From positions 79,870 to 143,869 of the forward strand of contig JAFLCC010000007.1 in assembly GCA_017302835.1 (NCBI GenBank): DNA of 64,000 bases, in the 5' to 3' direction. The translations under genes and the position numbers were made by a program. The notes under the pieces are model-generated. The model was not told the origin of the DNA. It worked only from the letters and a program-made list of their open reading frames with translations, and did not search any database. This DNA comes from Deltaproteobacteria bacterium. Lineage in GTDB: Bacteria > Bdellovibrionota > Bdellovibrionia > Bdellovibrionales > Bdellovibrionaceae. Shown here one piece after another: positions 1 to 9,363 of the stretch (position 1 is its first letter; every line of letters begins with the position of its first letter).

Positions 1-1
1 C

Positions 2-232
2 TTGTTTATGGAGAGTACTTTTATGGATAACAAAAAAAGCCTCGAAGATACAAGAAGGTGGGGTCATACTCACTTATTTGAAATTTTAGAACGACTGCCG
101 CGAATCAACTCAGAAAAAATACTTTTAAAACACTTATCTAGTCGCTATAGTCTATCCAGAGCTCAGCAGATTTTAGATGAGTTTGTTGACCCAAAGAATA
201 GAACTCGATTTGAAGTTTTTCCAGGAAGATAG
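2..232 (+). CDS. C-terminal fragment of an unidentified protein (open at the window edge)
   Basis: The ORF is open from position 2 to a stop at 232. I recognise no motif. Confidence 0.3.
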   Translation: MFMESTFMDNKKSLEDTRRWGHTHLFEILERLPRINSEKILLKHLSSRYSLSRAQQILDEFVDPKNRTRFEVFPGR

Positions 233-252
233 AGATAGGGGTAGGTATAAAA

Positions 253-1242
253 ATGAAATTGAAACAACGTCCTCGCCGGCTCAGGGTTAACAAAAACATC
301 AGAGACCTTTGTGCTGAAACGACTTACCCTGCGCCCTCGCGATTGGTTTACCCTGTCTTTATTCAAAATGGAAAACAAAAAGCTGATGAAATCACGTCGA
401 TGCCTGGTCAATTTCGCTTAAGCATTGATCTCTTGCTGCAAAAAATAACTGCATGGAAACAAATGGGGATTCAAAACTATGCTCTGTTTCCTAAAATTGA
501 TGACTCCTTAAAAAATCCCATGGCGAGCGAATCTTTGAATAAAGATGGCTTTTTACCCACGGCGATTAAACAAATTAAAGACCGATTCCCTGATCTCTCT
601 CTCTATACAGATATTGCCCTAGATCCCTACTCCAGCGAAGGACATGACGGGTTGGTTGAAAATGGCAAAATTCTCAACGACGCTACTGTCGAGATTTTAG
701 CACAAATGGCCTGCCTCCATGCCCAGGCAGGTGCCGATTTTGTTTGTCCCAGCGACATGATGGACGGAAGAGTTCGCAGCCTTCGCCTTGCCTTAGAATC
801 TGAGGGACACAAGGACACGGGAATCCTTTCTTACTCTGCAAAATACGCTTCGGCTTTCTATGGTCCATTTCGTGAGGCCCTTGACTCAGCTCCCAGGGCT
901 GGAGATAAAAAATCCTATCAAATGGATTATCGTAATTCCCGAGAAGCCCTTCGTGAGGCCCGGCTTGATTTGAACGAAGGCGCAGATATTTTAATGATCA
1001 AACCCGCCCTTTCCTATTTAGACGTCATTAGAAAAGTTAAGGACATCTCGAACTTACCCGTGGCCGCCTACAACGTTAGTGGTGAGTACGCCATGGTAAA
1101 AGCCGGTGCCGCCAAAGGCTGGGTTAATGAAATGCCGATCGTCACCGAAATCTTAACTTCCATTCATCGCTCTGGGGCTGATATTATTTTCACCTATCAT
1201 GCACCAGAATATGCGGCCTTTTGGTCCAAGGAGCTTCAATGA
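253..1242 (+). CDS. hemB: Porphobilinogen synthase (delta-aminolevulinic acid dehydratase)
   Basis: Full-length colinear similarity to HemB (QRPRRLR, SYSAKYASAFYGPFREA, KSYQMD, VSGEYAMVK). The metal site reads DIALDPYSSEGHDG, which is the Asp-rich, non-Cys type. Confidence 0.95.
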   Translation: MKLKQRPRRLRVNKNIRDLCAETTYPAPSRLVYPVFIQNGKQKADEITSMPGQFRLSIDLLLQKITAWKQMGIQNYALFPKIDDSLKNPMASESLNKDGFLPTAIKQIKDRFPDLSLYTDIALDPYSSEGHDGLVENGKILNDATVEILAQMACLHAQAGADFVCPSDMMDGRVRSLRLALESEGHKDTGILSYSAKYASAFYGPFREALDSAPRAGDKKSYQMDYRNSREALREARLDLNEGADILMIKPALSYLDVIRKVKDISNLPVAAYNVSGEYAMVKAGAAKGWVNEMPIVTEILTSIHRSGADIIFTYHAPEYAAFWSKELQ

Positions 1243-1547
1243 TTGTCCACCGTTGGCAAGGAGTTAAAACCTTGACCACTGAAGAAATTAAAAAGTGCTA
1301 TCAAATAAAAAAAGATCAAGATTTTGTCCTTGAAACCATTCCCCAAGGGCAAAGTATTAAGGATCATCTTCATGGGTTCCTTGAAATCAGAATCCTTTGT
1401 CAGGGCGAGCTCTTGTGTAATATTTCAGGAAATCAAATTCTTTTACGCCCAGGAGATAAAATTGAAATTCCTGCGAACACAAAACATTCTTACACCAACA
1501 ACTCAAAAGAATCTTGCAACTGTTTGGTCGGCTATTATTCTTTTTAG
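1221..1547 (+). CDS. Small cupin-fold protein
   Basis: 108 aa with a GDKIEIPANTKHSY cupin-like motif. It overlaps the hemB stop by 22 nt. Confidence 0.55.
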   Translation: MVQGASMIVHRWQGVKTLTTEEIKKCYQIKKDQDFVLETIPQGQSIKDHLHGFLEIRILCQGELLCNISGNQILLRPGDKIEIPANTKHSYTNNSKESCNCLVGYYSF

Positions 1548-1579
1548 TGCCTAATTAATTTTTAATACGAGGTCCCACC

Positions 1580-3379
1580 ATGATTAAATTTTTGATATTT
1601 AGTCTTTTTATTTTAAACAACCAGGCCTTTGCCACATCGCCTGAATCATCTATTCAGACCTGTAAGGCCTTTTCCGGCCAACTTCAAAAAGAAAAAAATG
1701 AGAGTAAAAAATTAAAATTGGTCATGGATTTTATTTGGGGTCAATGGATGAAAGAATACCCTACCTGGGCTACTTTTGTTGGCTTTTCAGGATATGATGA
1801 CCTTTGGCCTGATGAAAGCCTTGAGAATATTTTAAACCGAAAGAAGATGGCTCCTTGCCACTTACAACTTTTAAAAAAAATAAATTTAACCAAGCTTTCG
1901 CAAAATGATAAAATAAATTACAAATTATTTCTCAAGAAAATCAACTCTCAAATAAAAGAAAGTGAATTCCCATCAGAATATTTAGTCCTAGATCAAATGA
2001 ATGGAATTCACTTGGAAATTATGGATATCATCGACGCGGCTCCCAAACTAAATAAAGAAGATTTTGAGAATCGCCTTAAACGATTGGACCGATTAGATGT
2101 CTACATTGATCAAAATATCATCCTCTTAGAAGAAGGCCTGAAACGCAAAGTCACTCCAGTGAAATTTTTAATAAAAAAAGTACCTGCACAAATTCAAGCC
2201 TTAATTTTTAGTAATCCAAAGGAAAGTCCTCTCTATAAAGTTTTTCAAGAAATGCCCACCCACATTTCTTCTGAAGAGAAATCGAAACTCTTAGCAAAAG
2301 CCGAATCTCTTATTTCAAGCAAAGTTCACCCGGCACTTAAAAAACTAAAATCTTTTATTGAAGAAAAATACTTACCCTTCTGCCGAGAAGAGATTTCCTT
2401 TAGTTCTTTACCCCAAGGTAGCCACTGGTACCACTTTCTTGTTGAAAAACACACCACCACGTCTAAAACTGCCAAAGAAATCCATGAGCTTGGACTTAAA
2501 GAAGTGACTCGTATCGATCAAGAAATGTTGCAAATTCGTCAAAAATTAAATGAGAAGCGAAGTCAGTCAGAATTTCACCAATTTTTACAAACCGATCCTC
2601 AATTTTTTTTCAAAACTCCCAAAGAACTTATCAATGCCTACCAAGCCATTGCCAAGGAAATTGATCCTGGGCTTATAAAACTTTTTTCTGATCTACCCAA
2701 ACTCCCCTACGGTGTCAAACCTATGGCTGATTATAAAGCTCCGTCAGCCCCGACGGCTTACTATCAACCTGGAAGTTTCAAATCAGGACGCGCCGGTTAC
2801 TTTGAAGCAAATACTTATAATTTAAATTCGCGACCCAAATGGGAAATGGAGGTATTAACCCTACATGAAGCCGTCCCGGGTCATCATTTACAAATTTCGA
2901 TGGCTCAGGAGGTTGGTGATTTACCTGAGTTTAGAAAACATGAATTCTATACCGCTTATACAGAAGGGTGGGGACTTTATTCTGAAAGTTTGGGTGATGA
3001 GTTAGGCCTTTATAAAGATTTATATTCTAAATATGGCCAACTGACCTATGAAATGTGGCGTGCGGTAAGGCTTGTCGTTGATACAGGGATTCACAGTTTA
3101 AATTGGTCCAAGGAAAAGGCCCTTGAATATTTTATGGAGCACATTCCTAAAAACAAGCTCCAATCCGAAGTGGAGATTGATCGTTATATCGTCATGCCAG
3201 GTCAAGCCCTCGCCTACAAAATAGGAGAGCTAAAAATCAAAGAATTAAAAAAACAGGCTATCAAAAAACTAGGACCTAAATTTGATATCCGAGAATTTCA
3301 CAAAGTTGTCCTCCAACTTGGAGCCGTGCCATTAGATCTTCTAGAAGAGGAAGTGAATCATTGGCTTGAAGCAAAATAG
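1580..3379 (+). CDS. DUF885-family secreted protein (metallopeptidase-like)
   Basis: Has a signal peptide, the HEAVPGHHLQ motif and the length typical of DUF885. Confidence 0.8.
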   Translation: MIKFLIFSLFILNNQAFATSPESSIQTCKAFSGQLQKEKNESKKLKLVMDFIWGQWMKEYPTWATFVGFSGYDDLWPDESLENILNRKKMAPCHLQLLKKINLTKLSQNDKINYKLFLKKINSQIKESEFPSEYLVLDQMNGIHLEIMDIIDAAPKLNKEDFENRLKRLDRLDVYIDQNIILLEEGLKRKVTPVKFLIKKVPAQIQALIFSNPKESPLYKVFQEMPTHISSEEKSKLLAKAESLISSKVHPALKKLKSFIEEKYLPFCREEISFSSLPQGSHWYHFLVEKHTTTSKTAKEIHELGLKEVTRIDQEMLQIRQKLNEKRSQSEFHQFLQTDPQFFFKTPKELINAYQAIAKEIDPGLIKLFSDLPKLPYGVKPMADYKAPSAPTAYYQPGSFKSGRAGYFEANTYNLNSRPKWEMEVLTLHEAVPGHHLQISMAQEVGDLPEFRKHEFYTAYTEGWGLYSESLGDELGLYKDLYSKYGQLTYEMWRAVRLVVDTGIHSLNWSKEKALEYFMEHIPKNKLQSEVEIDRYIVMPGQALAYKIGELKIKELKKQAIKKLGPKFDIREFHKVVLQLGAVPLDLLEEEVNHWLEAK

Positions 3380-3470
3380 TTTATTGCAAGGTCTCAAAAA
3401 GTATCCTAGTCTTAAAAGCAGATTAAATCTGATTTTTCTGAATTAAACTTTAAAAAACAAGGATGGTTTT

Positions 3471-4022
3471 ATGAATACAAGTTTAAGTATGCTTCTGCTT
3501 TTATCCCTCATAGGCAGTTTCTCTTTTGCAAAAAATAGTTTAACAAGGTTGTCCTTGGACCAAGTTCAAGTTCCCATGGAAATGAGTGAAGATAAAAATT
3601 GGAATCTTCTCATTAACACCATTGCTAAAAACGGAAAAATTTTAAGCGTTGATAACTTGAACTATCTATATTTAGAAAATATCGTTAAAAGTCCAAACTC
3701 GGAAAATCATACGGCTAATTATATAAGTATCGTTGGCTACATGGACACCGATGGTAATTATAAAGCCAGCCATTTAGAGGTCGTTAGCGAAAGCTGGATT
3801 TTAGCAGATGATGGCCGTTGGCACATCAATCAATGGTTGCATAAAGTTTCTGGAAAGAACGAAATAATATGGTCGGCGCACGTCAACTTAATTGAAGACC
3901 AAGACGGCAGAGTCTACAAGCATGAATACCTCAAAGAGACTGAAGAGATGTATGCAAAAAACTGGAAAAAAACCTTAAATTCATGGTACCAATTTATTTC
4001 ACAATTCCAGTTGCCTAATTAA
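3471..4022 (+). CDS. Hypothetical secreted protein
   Basis: Has an N-terminal signal peptide (LLLLSLIGSFSFA). No recognisable domain. Confidence 0.5.
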   Translation: MNTSLSMLLLLSLIGSFSFAKNSLTRLSLDQVQVPMEMSEDKNWNLLINTIAKNGKILSVDNLNYLYLENIVKSPNSENHTANYISIVGYMDTDGNYKASHLEVVSESWILADDGRWHINQWLHKVSGKNEIIWSAHVNLIEDQDGRVYKHEYLKETEEMYAKNWKKTLNSWYQFISQFQLPN

Positions 4023-4073
4023 AATATTTTTTCTAAGATGCACAGAAATCTTTTCCATTTTTTTAAAAGACAA

Positions 4074-4150
4074 CTGCGCGTGGCTCAGCTTGGTAGAGCA
4101 CTTGCTTGGGGTGCAAGAGGTCGCTGGTTCAAATCCAGTCGCGCAGACCA
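4074..4150 (+). tRNA. tRNA-Pro (anticodon GGG)
   Basis: Cloverleaf folded by hand. Acceptor stem CTGCGCG/CGCGCAG with C1-G72, D stem GCTC/GAGC, anticodon stem CTTGC/GCAAG, loop TTGGGGT, T arm GCTGG-TTCAAAT-CCAGT, and an encoded CCA. Total 77 nt. Confidence 0.9.
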
Positions 4151-4205
4151 ATTCTAAACCTCGGCCCTTCTCAGCTAACAGTACATCACATAGCGCATTT
4201 CAGAT

Positions 4206-4481
4206 TTAAACATTGTCCCCTTTTTTAATAATATGCCAACCATAGGAGGTCCGGACGGGTTTGGATATTTGTCCTGGACTTAAGGAATTAAAAGCATCCA
4301 GAAAATCAGAATCTAAATTCTGGGCATTGATCTCCCCCAGAAAACCACCATTATGACCACTTCGACACAAGGAAAATTTTCGAGCTAAATCTTCAATTTT
4401 TTTTTTATTTTCGAGCAGCCTATGGATGTCCTTTGCTTCATATTCATGCTTAACTAAAATATGACTTGGTTTAACTTTCAT
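4206..4481 (-). CDS. ppiC: Parvulin-type peptidyl-prolyl cis-trans isomerase (PpiC family)
   Basis: 91 aa with HILVKHE...GGFLGE...GWHIIK parvulin motifs. There is a 4-nt ATGA overlap with gloB. Confidence 0.85.
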   Translation of the reverse strand: MKVKPSHILVKHEYEAKDIHRLLENKKKIEDLARKFSLCRSGHNGGFLGEINAQNLDSDFLDAFNSLSPGQISKPVRTSYGWHIIKKGDNV

Positions 4482-5278
4482 TTAAAAATATCCTTCCATT
4501 GACGAATGGCCGCAAATATTTCAACAGGATCAATGGCTTTATGGCCAAGCCTTTCGCTTGCGGCTAGTCTAACTTCTGGTGAATCCCATCGAAGAAATGG
4601 ATTTGTTAACAGTTCTCCTTCGAGGGCAAATGGGACCGTGGCCTCGCCATGCTTACGGGACTCCTGTGTTTGTTTTATTCTATTTTGTATCTCTAGATTT
4701 TGAGGCTCAATGACAATCGCAAAATGAAGGTTAGACAGGGTGTATTCGTGAGCACAATAGCACAGAGTCTGAGGAGGAAGGCTAGCTATTTTTGCAAGTG
4801 AACTTTGCATTTGATAAGGGGTTCCTTCAAATAGTCGACCACACCCGGCACCAAAAAGAGTGTCGCCACAGAAAAGGGAACCCGTTGAACCTATATGCTT
4901 TCCATAATAGGCAAGATGACCTCTTGTATGACCCGGAATGGACAAAATTTCAAAATCCATCTCTATCCCTTCAACTCGTATTTTTTCATCCCCCAAGAGA
5001 GGCTCTGAAAGGTAAGGAATGTTTTCATTTGCGGGTCCATAAACCTTTATTTTCCTGTCTGGAAAGGCGTGAACTAAGTCGTGAATACCTCCAGTATGGT
5101 CACCGTGGTGATGGGTCACAAGAACCGCTGAAAGTTCCAGGTTCTCTTTCTTAAGAAATTCCAACACTGGCACTGCCTCTCCAGGATCAACAACAACGAC
5201 TTGTCTCCCTTGATGGAGAACCCAAATATAATTATCTTCAAAGGCCTTAATTGGGTAAATTTTTAGAGAATACTTCAT
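4478..5278 (-). CDS. gloB: Hydroxyacylglutathione hydrolase (glyoxalase II)
   Basis: Has the THHHGDHTGG metallo-beta-lactamase motif and the length and order typical of GloB. Confidence 0.9.
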   Translation of the reverse strand: MKYSLKIYPIKAFEDNYIWVLHQGRQVVVVDPGEAVPVLEFLKKENLELSAVLVTHHHGDHTGGIHDLVHAFPDRKIKVYGPANENIPYLSEPLLGDEKIRVEGIEMDFEILSIPGHTRGHLAYYGKHIGSTGSLFCGDTLFGAGCGRLFEGTPYQMQSSLAKIASLPPQTLCYCAHEYTLSNLHFAIVIEPQNLEIQNRIKQTQESRKHGEATVPFALEGELLTNPFLRWDSPEVRLAASERLGHKAIDPVEIFAAIRQWKDIFK

Positions 5279-5279
5279 T

Positions 5280-6605
5280 TCAATTACTTAAAATGGCATC
5301 TAGTCTTTCAACAAGATAAATTGGGACTTCGTACATGACACGATCATTTGTAATTTTACGATAGGGATCGGGTGAAAGTTTAATCCATCTTTTGATTGCT
5401 GGGTTGATTTTTGTAAGTTCTGATATAGAGCGAGCTTTAGCTTTACGATTACTTTTAACTTCGATAGGAATGATTTCAGGCAATTTTTTGGTTCGCAAAG
5501 TGTGAATGAAATCAATTTCTGCTTTTTGCGAGGACTTATCTTTTAACCAATAAAAAAGTTGCGGATCTTCAGTCGGATTTAAATAGGCTAAATGCTGAGC
5601 AACAAATTGTTCATTCAACGAGCCTCTCATCGGCGATTCCTTAGAGAAATCATTCATAATCAGTAGCTCAGCCGAAACGAGACCACAGTCGAGATGATAA
5701 AGTTTAAAAACATGATCATCAGAAACCGCTTTTAACGGTATCGACGTCGCATTCGTATGTATGGTTGGCAATAGAATCCGAGCTTGGTGCAAAAGGTGAA
5801 TGGCTTCTTTCAGATTTTTTGATTTTTCTTCAGAATCAATTTCTGAGTATTTTACCTTTTGACCAATATGCCCTGGCAAATAATTAAAAACAGCTTCACA
5901 GCGAATGGGTTGTGCACCTTTTGTATATTTAAAAAAATCGGACCGATAAGTATTAAGAATGTTTTTTTGAATTTTTCGTATATCAAATACATCTGCTTGA
6001 TCAATTTCAGCTTGAACACATTCAGGCATTCCGCCGGTTATTAAAAAACTTCTCCATTCTTGAATAAGTAATTTGTGCCCCATTTCTGAAATTTTATCTG
6101 GGGAATTATTAAACTCTTCAAGAATTTGATTTTTGTTTTTTGCAAGTAAATACTCTGAAAAACTCACAGGCCCGAGATAGTAGTACTCAATACGACCGAC
6201 CGGCACCGAGATCCCAGGGCTTTCAAGTAAAAAATCAAGTAAAGATCCAGCTGCAACAATTGCCAATTGAGGATATTCTTCATAAAAATAGCGCAAAGCC
6301 ATAAAGGCTTGGGGAGATCTTTGTATTTCATCAAAAAATATTAAATCTGTATCTTGAGACACTTTGCGATTTATCAATAATTGAATATCTTTAATGATCG
6401 CACTCACTTTAATTTCTTCCGTTTTCAAACTAGGCAAAGAAGTTGTTTCAAGGTTTATTTCAATTAAATTTAATTTTTCTAACTTAGCAAACTCTTTTAC
6501 AAGAGTGGACTTACCCACCTGACGAGCCCCACGAAAAACCAAAGGTTTTCGTTTCCTCTGATGTCGCCACTTTGATAGATCTGAAAGATTTCTTCTAAAA
6601 AACAT
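5280..6605 (-). CDS. AAA+ ATPase with a C-terminal DUF4143 / PD-(D/E)xK-like module
   Basis: Walker A is GARQVGKST and Walker B is LIFFDEIQ. The C-terminus reads EIDFI...IPIEVKS, which is nuclease-like (D...ExK). Confidence 0.8.
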   Translation of the reverse strand: MFFRRNLSDLSKWRHQRKRKPLVFRGARQVGKSTLVKEFAKLEKLNLIEINLETTSLPSLKTEEIKVSAIIKDIQLLINRKVSQDTDLIFFDEIQRSPQAFMALRYFYEEYPQLAIVAAGSLLDFLLESPGISVPVGRIEYYYLGPVSFSEYLLAKNKNQILEEFNNSPDKISEMGHKLLIQEWRSFLITGGMPECVQAEIDQADVFDIRKIQKNILNTYRSDFFKYTKGAQPIRCEAVFNYLPGHIGQKVKYSEIDSEEKSKNLKEAIHLLHQARILLPTIHTNATSIPLKAVSDDHVFKLYHLDCGLVSAELLIMNDFSKESPMRGSLNEQFVAQHLAYLNPTEDPQLFYWLKDKSSQKAEIDFIHTLRTKKLPEIIPIEVKSNRKAKARSISELTKINPAIKRWIKLSPDPYRKITNDRVMYEVPIYLVERLDAILSN

Positions 6606-6709
6606 ATAAGTCTATTATACAGACTTTTTGACTTTAATCAAGGCTATAAAGTGTGCTAAAATGTCCAATAAATGGGTTTATGTCTACTTTTAATAAAAAT
6701 AAAACTACC

Positions 6710-7978
6710 TCAATTTGAACTCGACAGCTCTTCATTAAAATTAAGATCTTTTCCAAAGGTTTCTTCTAAGGTAAAGAGACTCAATAAGGCGAGGAAAAAT
6801 ACAATGCCTCCAATGAGCAAAGCTGAAGGCACAACCCCCATGTCTTTCTTCAAATCAGCAAATAGAAAAACAACCAAGGCCGCAGCCCCGCGAACAAAGT
6901 TAGGTACCGTAGTGGCGACAGTGGCTCGGATATTGGTTCCAAATTGTTCAGCAGCTAAAGTTACCAGAACAGCCCAGTATCCTGCGGCACTTCCAATAAC
7001 AAAGCAGGATAAATAAATCCAAAAAGGTGTGACACCTGATAAATTTAAATAAATGAGACATCCAAGAATGGCTGTAAAAATACAAATCATCACGGCCTTG
7101 TTTCTTGATTTTAACAGCTGACTGAGCATCCCCGAAATAAAATCACCCGTTGTGAGACCGATGGTTCCCCATAGAATCGCATTTCCCGCGCTGACAGAGC
7201 CTTGAATATTCAAGCTCTGGGTCAACTCGGGAGCAAAAGTAAACATGACCCCCGTGATATAATAAATAGGAATTCCGATGAGAATGCATTTAATATACCT
7301 TAGACCTCTTTCTTTATTCCATAAAAGAAAAAAATTCCCTCTGTTGGAATTGGTGGATTTATTTTTATCAACCACAGAACGATCAAGTACCTTCATTCTC
7401 AATATCAATAAAAGAAAACCCATAATTCCAGCCACAAGATAGGCCGTTTTCCAGTAAAGCATTTGTCCAAATAGTCCCGCAAATACAGATCCGAGCAAAC
7501 CTAAGGTTGCCACTATGGTGGTCCCCACTCCACGGACTTCTTTAGGCAAAGTCTCTGAGACAAGGGTGATGGCAGCACCTAGTTCTCCAGCTAATCCCAT
7601 TCCAGTTATGAAACGACAGACAGCATAGGAATTGGAATCCCAGACAAAAATATTAGCAATACTTCCCAAGGAGTAAATAACAATCGGGACTGTCAGAATA
7701 AAGTACCTTCCCAACTTGTCCCCAAGGACGCCCCAAAATAAACCTCCAATCATCATTCCCACCATTTGAGCATTATAGGAAAGAACTCCCGCACTCATTA
7801 GCTGATCTGGATCTGAAATTCCCAGATCAGAAAAACTAGATATCCTCACGACGCCAAATAGAGTGATATGAAATAAATCCACAAAATATCCAAGCCCAGC
7901 GACAATGACAACCGAATTGAGCGCTGGTCTTATTTGGTGCCAAAAATTTTGTTTTGCTAATTTTTCCTGAGGAATCAT
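6710..7978 (-). CDS. MFS transporter
   Basis: About 12 hydrophobic segments and a GDKLGRY motif in loop 2-3. Confidence 0.8.
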   Translation of the reverse strand: MIPQEKLAKQNFWHQIRPALNSVVIVAGLGYFVDLFHITLFGVVRISSFSDLGISDPDQLMSAGVLSYNAQMVGMMIGGLFWGVLGDKLGRYFILTVPIVIYSLGSIANIFVWDSNSYAVCRFITGMGLAGELGAAITLVSETLPKEVRGVGTTIVATLGLLGSVFAGLFGQMLYWKTAYLVAGIMGFLLLILRMKVLDRSVVDKNKSTNSNRGNFFLLWNKERGLRYIKCILIGIPIYYITGVMFTFAPELTQSLNIQGSVSAGNAILWGTIGLTTGDFISGMLSQLLKSRNKAVMICIFTAILGCLIYLNLSGVTPFWIYLSCFVIGSAAGYWAVLVTLAAEQFGTNIRATVATTVPNFVRGAAALVVFLFADLKKDMGVVPSALLIGGIVFFLALLSLFTLEETFGKDLNFNEELSSSN

Positions 7979-8091
7979 GGTATCACCTTTTCAAATGCGC
8001 ACTAAATTTTATTTTTATAAATAAAAATCTAGTTTGATATTACTTATAATTTTGCTACGATCGCACCTTAGCTTTTTTCCTCTAAGGAGTC

Positions 8092-9180
8092 ATGATGAAA
8101 ATTAAAGTTATTACTGTGTTTTTAATAGGGTCACTGAACTTTCTTCTTTCCTGCAGCCACTCAACTCCAACGCCCCCTCAAACCTCAACGCCTCTTTTGG
8201 AAAATAAGGCCTACAAGTTTTCAGCTTTAGTTCAGAAACCATTAAAAGCCAGAGAATGGAGTGTATCAGGCGTTTCATCAGGAGCGATGATGACCACACA
8301 GCTTAGCTTGATCCACTCTGAAAAAATCAATGGAGTGGGTATTTTTTCAGGAACTCTCTATGGCTGTTCTGAAGGAAATATTGAAAGGTCTCTAAAAATT
8401 TGCATGGCTTCCCCAGATAAGATCGATACCCATTTGATCTATAATTACATTCAATCTCAGTCCCTAGCAAAAAAAATAGATCCCTTAAAGAATATTGAAA
8501 ATCAGAAAGTCTTTATTGTTCATGGCCGAAAAGACTCGCGTATCATGCTGAGCGCTCAAGAAAAAAATAGAGAGCTCTATCAAAATTTAAATGCCAAAGT
8601 CCAAACCAAAATTATCGATCAGCTAGCCCATGGGGTGCCGACCTTATCTACAGGATGGCCTTGTGATAAAATTGAAAAACCATGGATCAATAACTGTGGC
8701 TATGACACTGTCGGAGAACTTTTTCAATTTCTTTATCCATCGCCAAAAATTTTACCCCCTACCAACAAACAGCCATCCACCAAAGAATTCATCAAAATTC
8801 CTAAGGAACTGATAGAAAAAAATTTACACGTTTACAATCTGACTTCTCTTCTTTCTGAAAAAGAACTCCGTGAAGCTACCTTCTACCCTCAGATTCATAT
8901 TTATGTTCCTGAGGCCTGCAACCAGGAATCTTGTCCCGCTCATGTTGCCATACATGGCTGCAAACAAAGCCCCAGTAATATAGATACTGAATTTCTAGAA
9001 AACGCAGGTTACCTTGAAGCTGCTGAAAGACACAAAACAATCATCATCTTTCCTTCGATCTATCCATCTGAAAAAAACCCCTATGGATGCTGGGATTGGT
9101 GGGGCTATACCCATCAAAAATTTGATACCTATGAAGGACCCCAAATAAAAGTGTTAAAAAAGATTATAGACGCGTTTTAG
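8092..9180 (+). CDS. Lipoprotein esterase of the PHB-depolymerase / alpha-beta hydrolase family
   Basis: Has a lipobox (LLSC) and a GVSSGAMM nucleophile elbow (G-x-S-x-G). The C-terminal WDWWGY segment is typical of this esterase family. Confidence 0.6.
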   Translation: MMKIKVITVFLIGSLNFLLSCSHSTPTPPQTSTPLLENKAYKFSALVQKPLKAREWSVSGVSSGAMMTTQLSLIHSEKINGVGIFSGTLYGCSEGNIERSLKICMASPDKIDTHLIYNYIQSQSLAKKIDPLKNIENQKVFIVHGRKDSRIMLSAQEKNRELYQNLNAKVQTKIIDQLAHGVPTLSTGWPCDKIEKPWINNCGYDTVGELFQFLYPSPKILPPTNKQPSTKEFIKIPKELIEKNLHVYNLTSLLSEKELREATFYPQIHIYVPEACNQESCPAHVAIHGCKQSPSNIDTEFLENAGYLEAAERHKTIIIFPSIYPSEKNPYGCWDWWGYTHQKFDTYEGPQIKVLKKIIDAF

Positions 9181-9363
9181 GCCTCGGTTCCATAGTCTTT
9201 ATTTATATGAGAAATAATAATATTTTTATTTATTTATTACTTCTATGGCCGTATCCTGATAAAAGAAGTTTCACCATTTTTATACCTATTCAAGGAGTGT
9301 CACATAGATAGTCAGTTTCAAAAAACAAGGTTACTAAACAACGAAAAAGCTATCGTTGTAGGT

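Noticed and set aside
4074-6605. A tRNA-Pro-adjacent genomic island
   Set aside because: There is no integrase and no repeat of the tRNA 3' end downstream. The adjacent genes (ppiC, gloB) are housekeeping.
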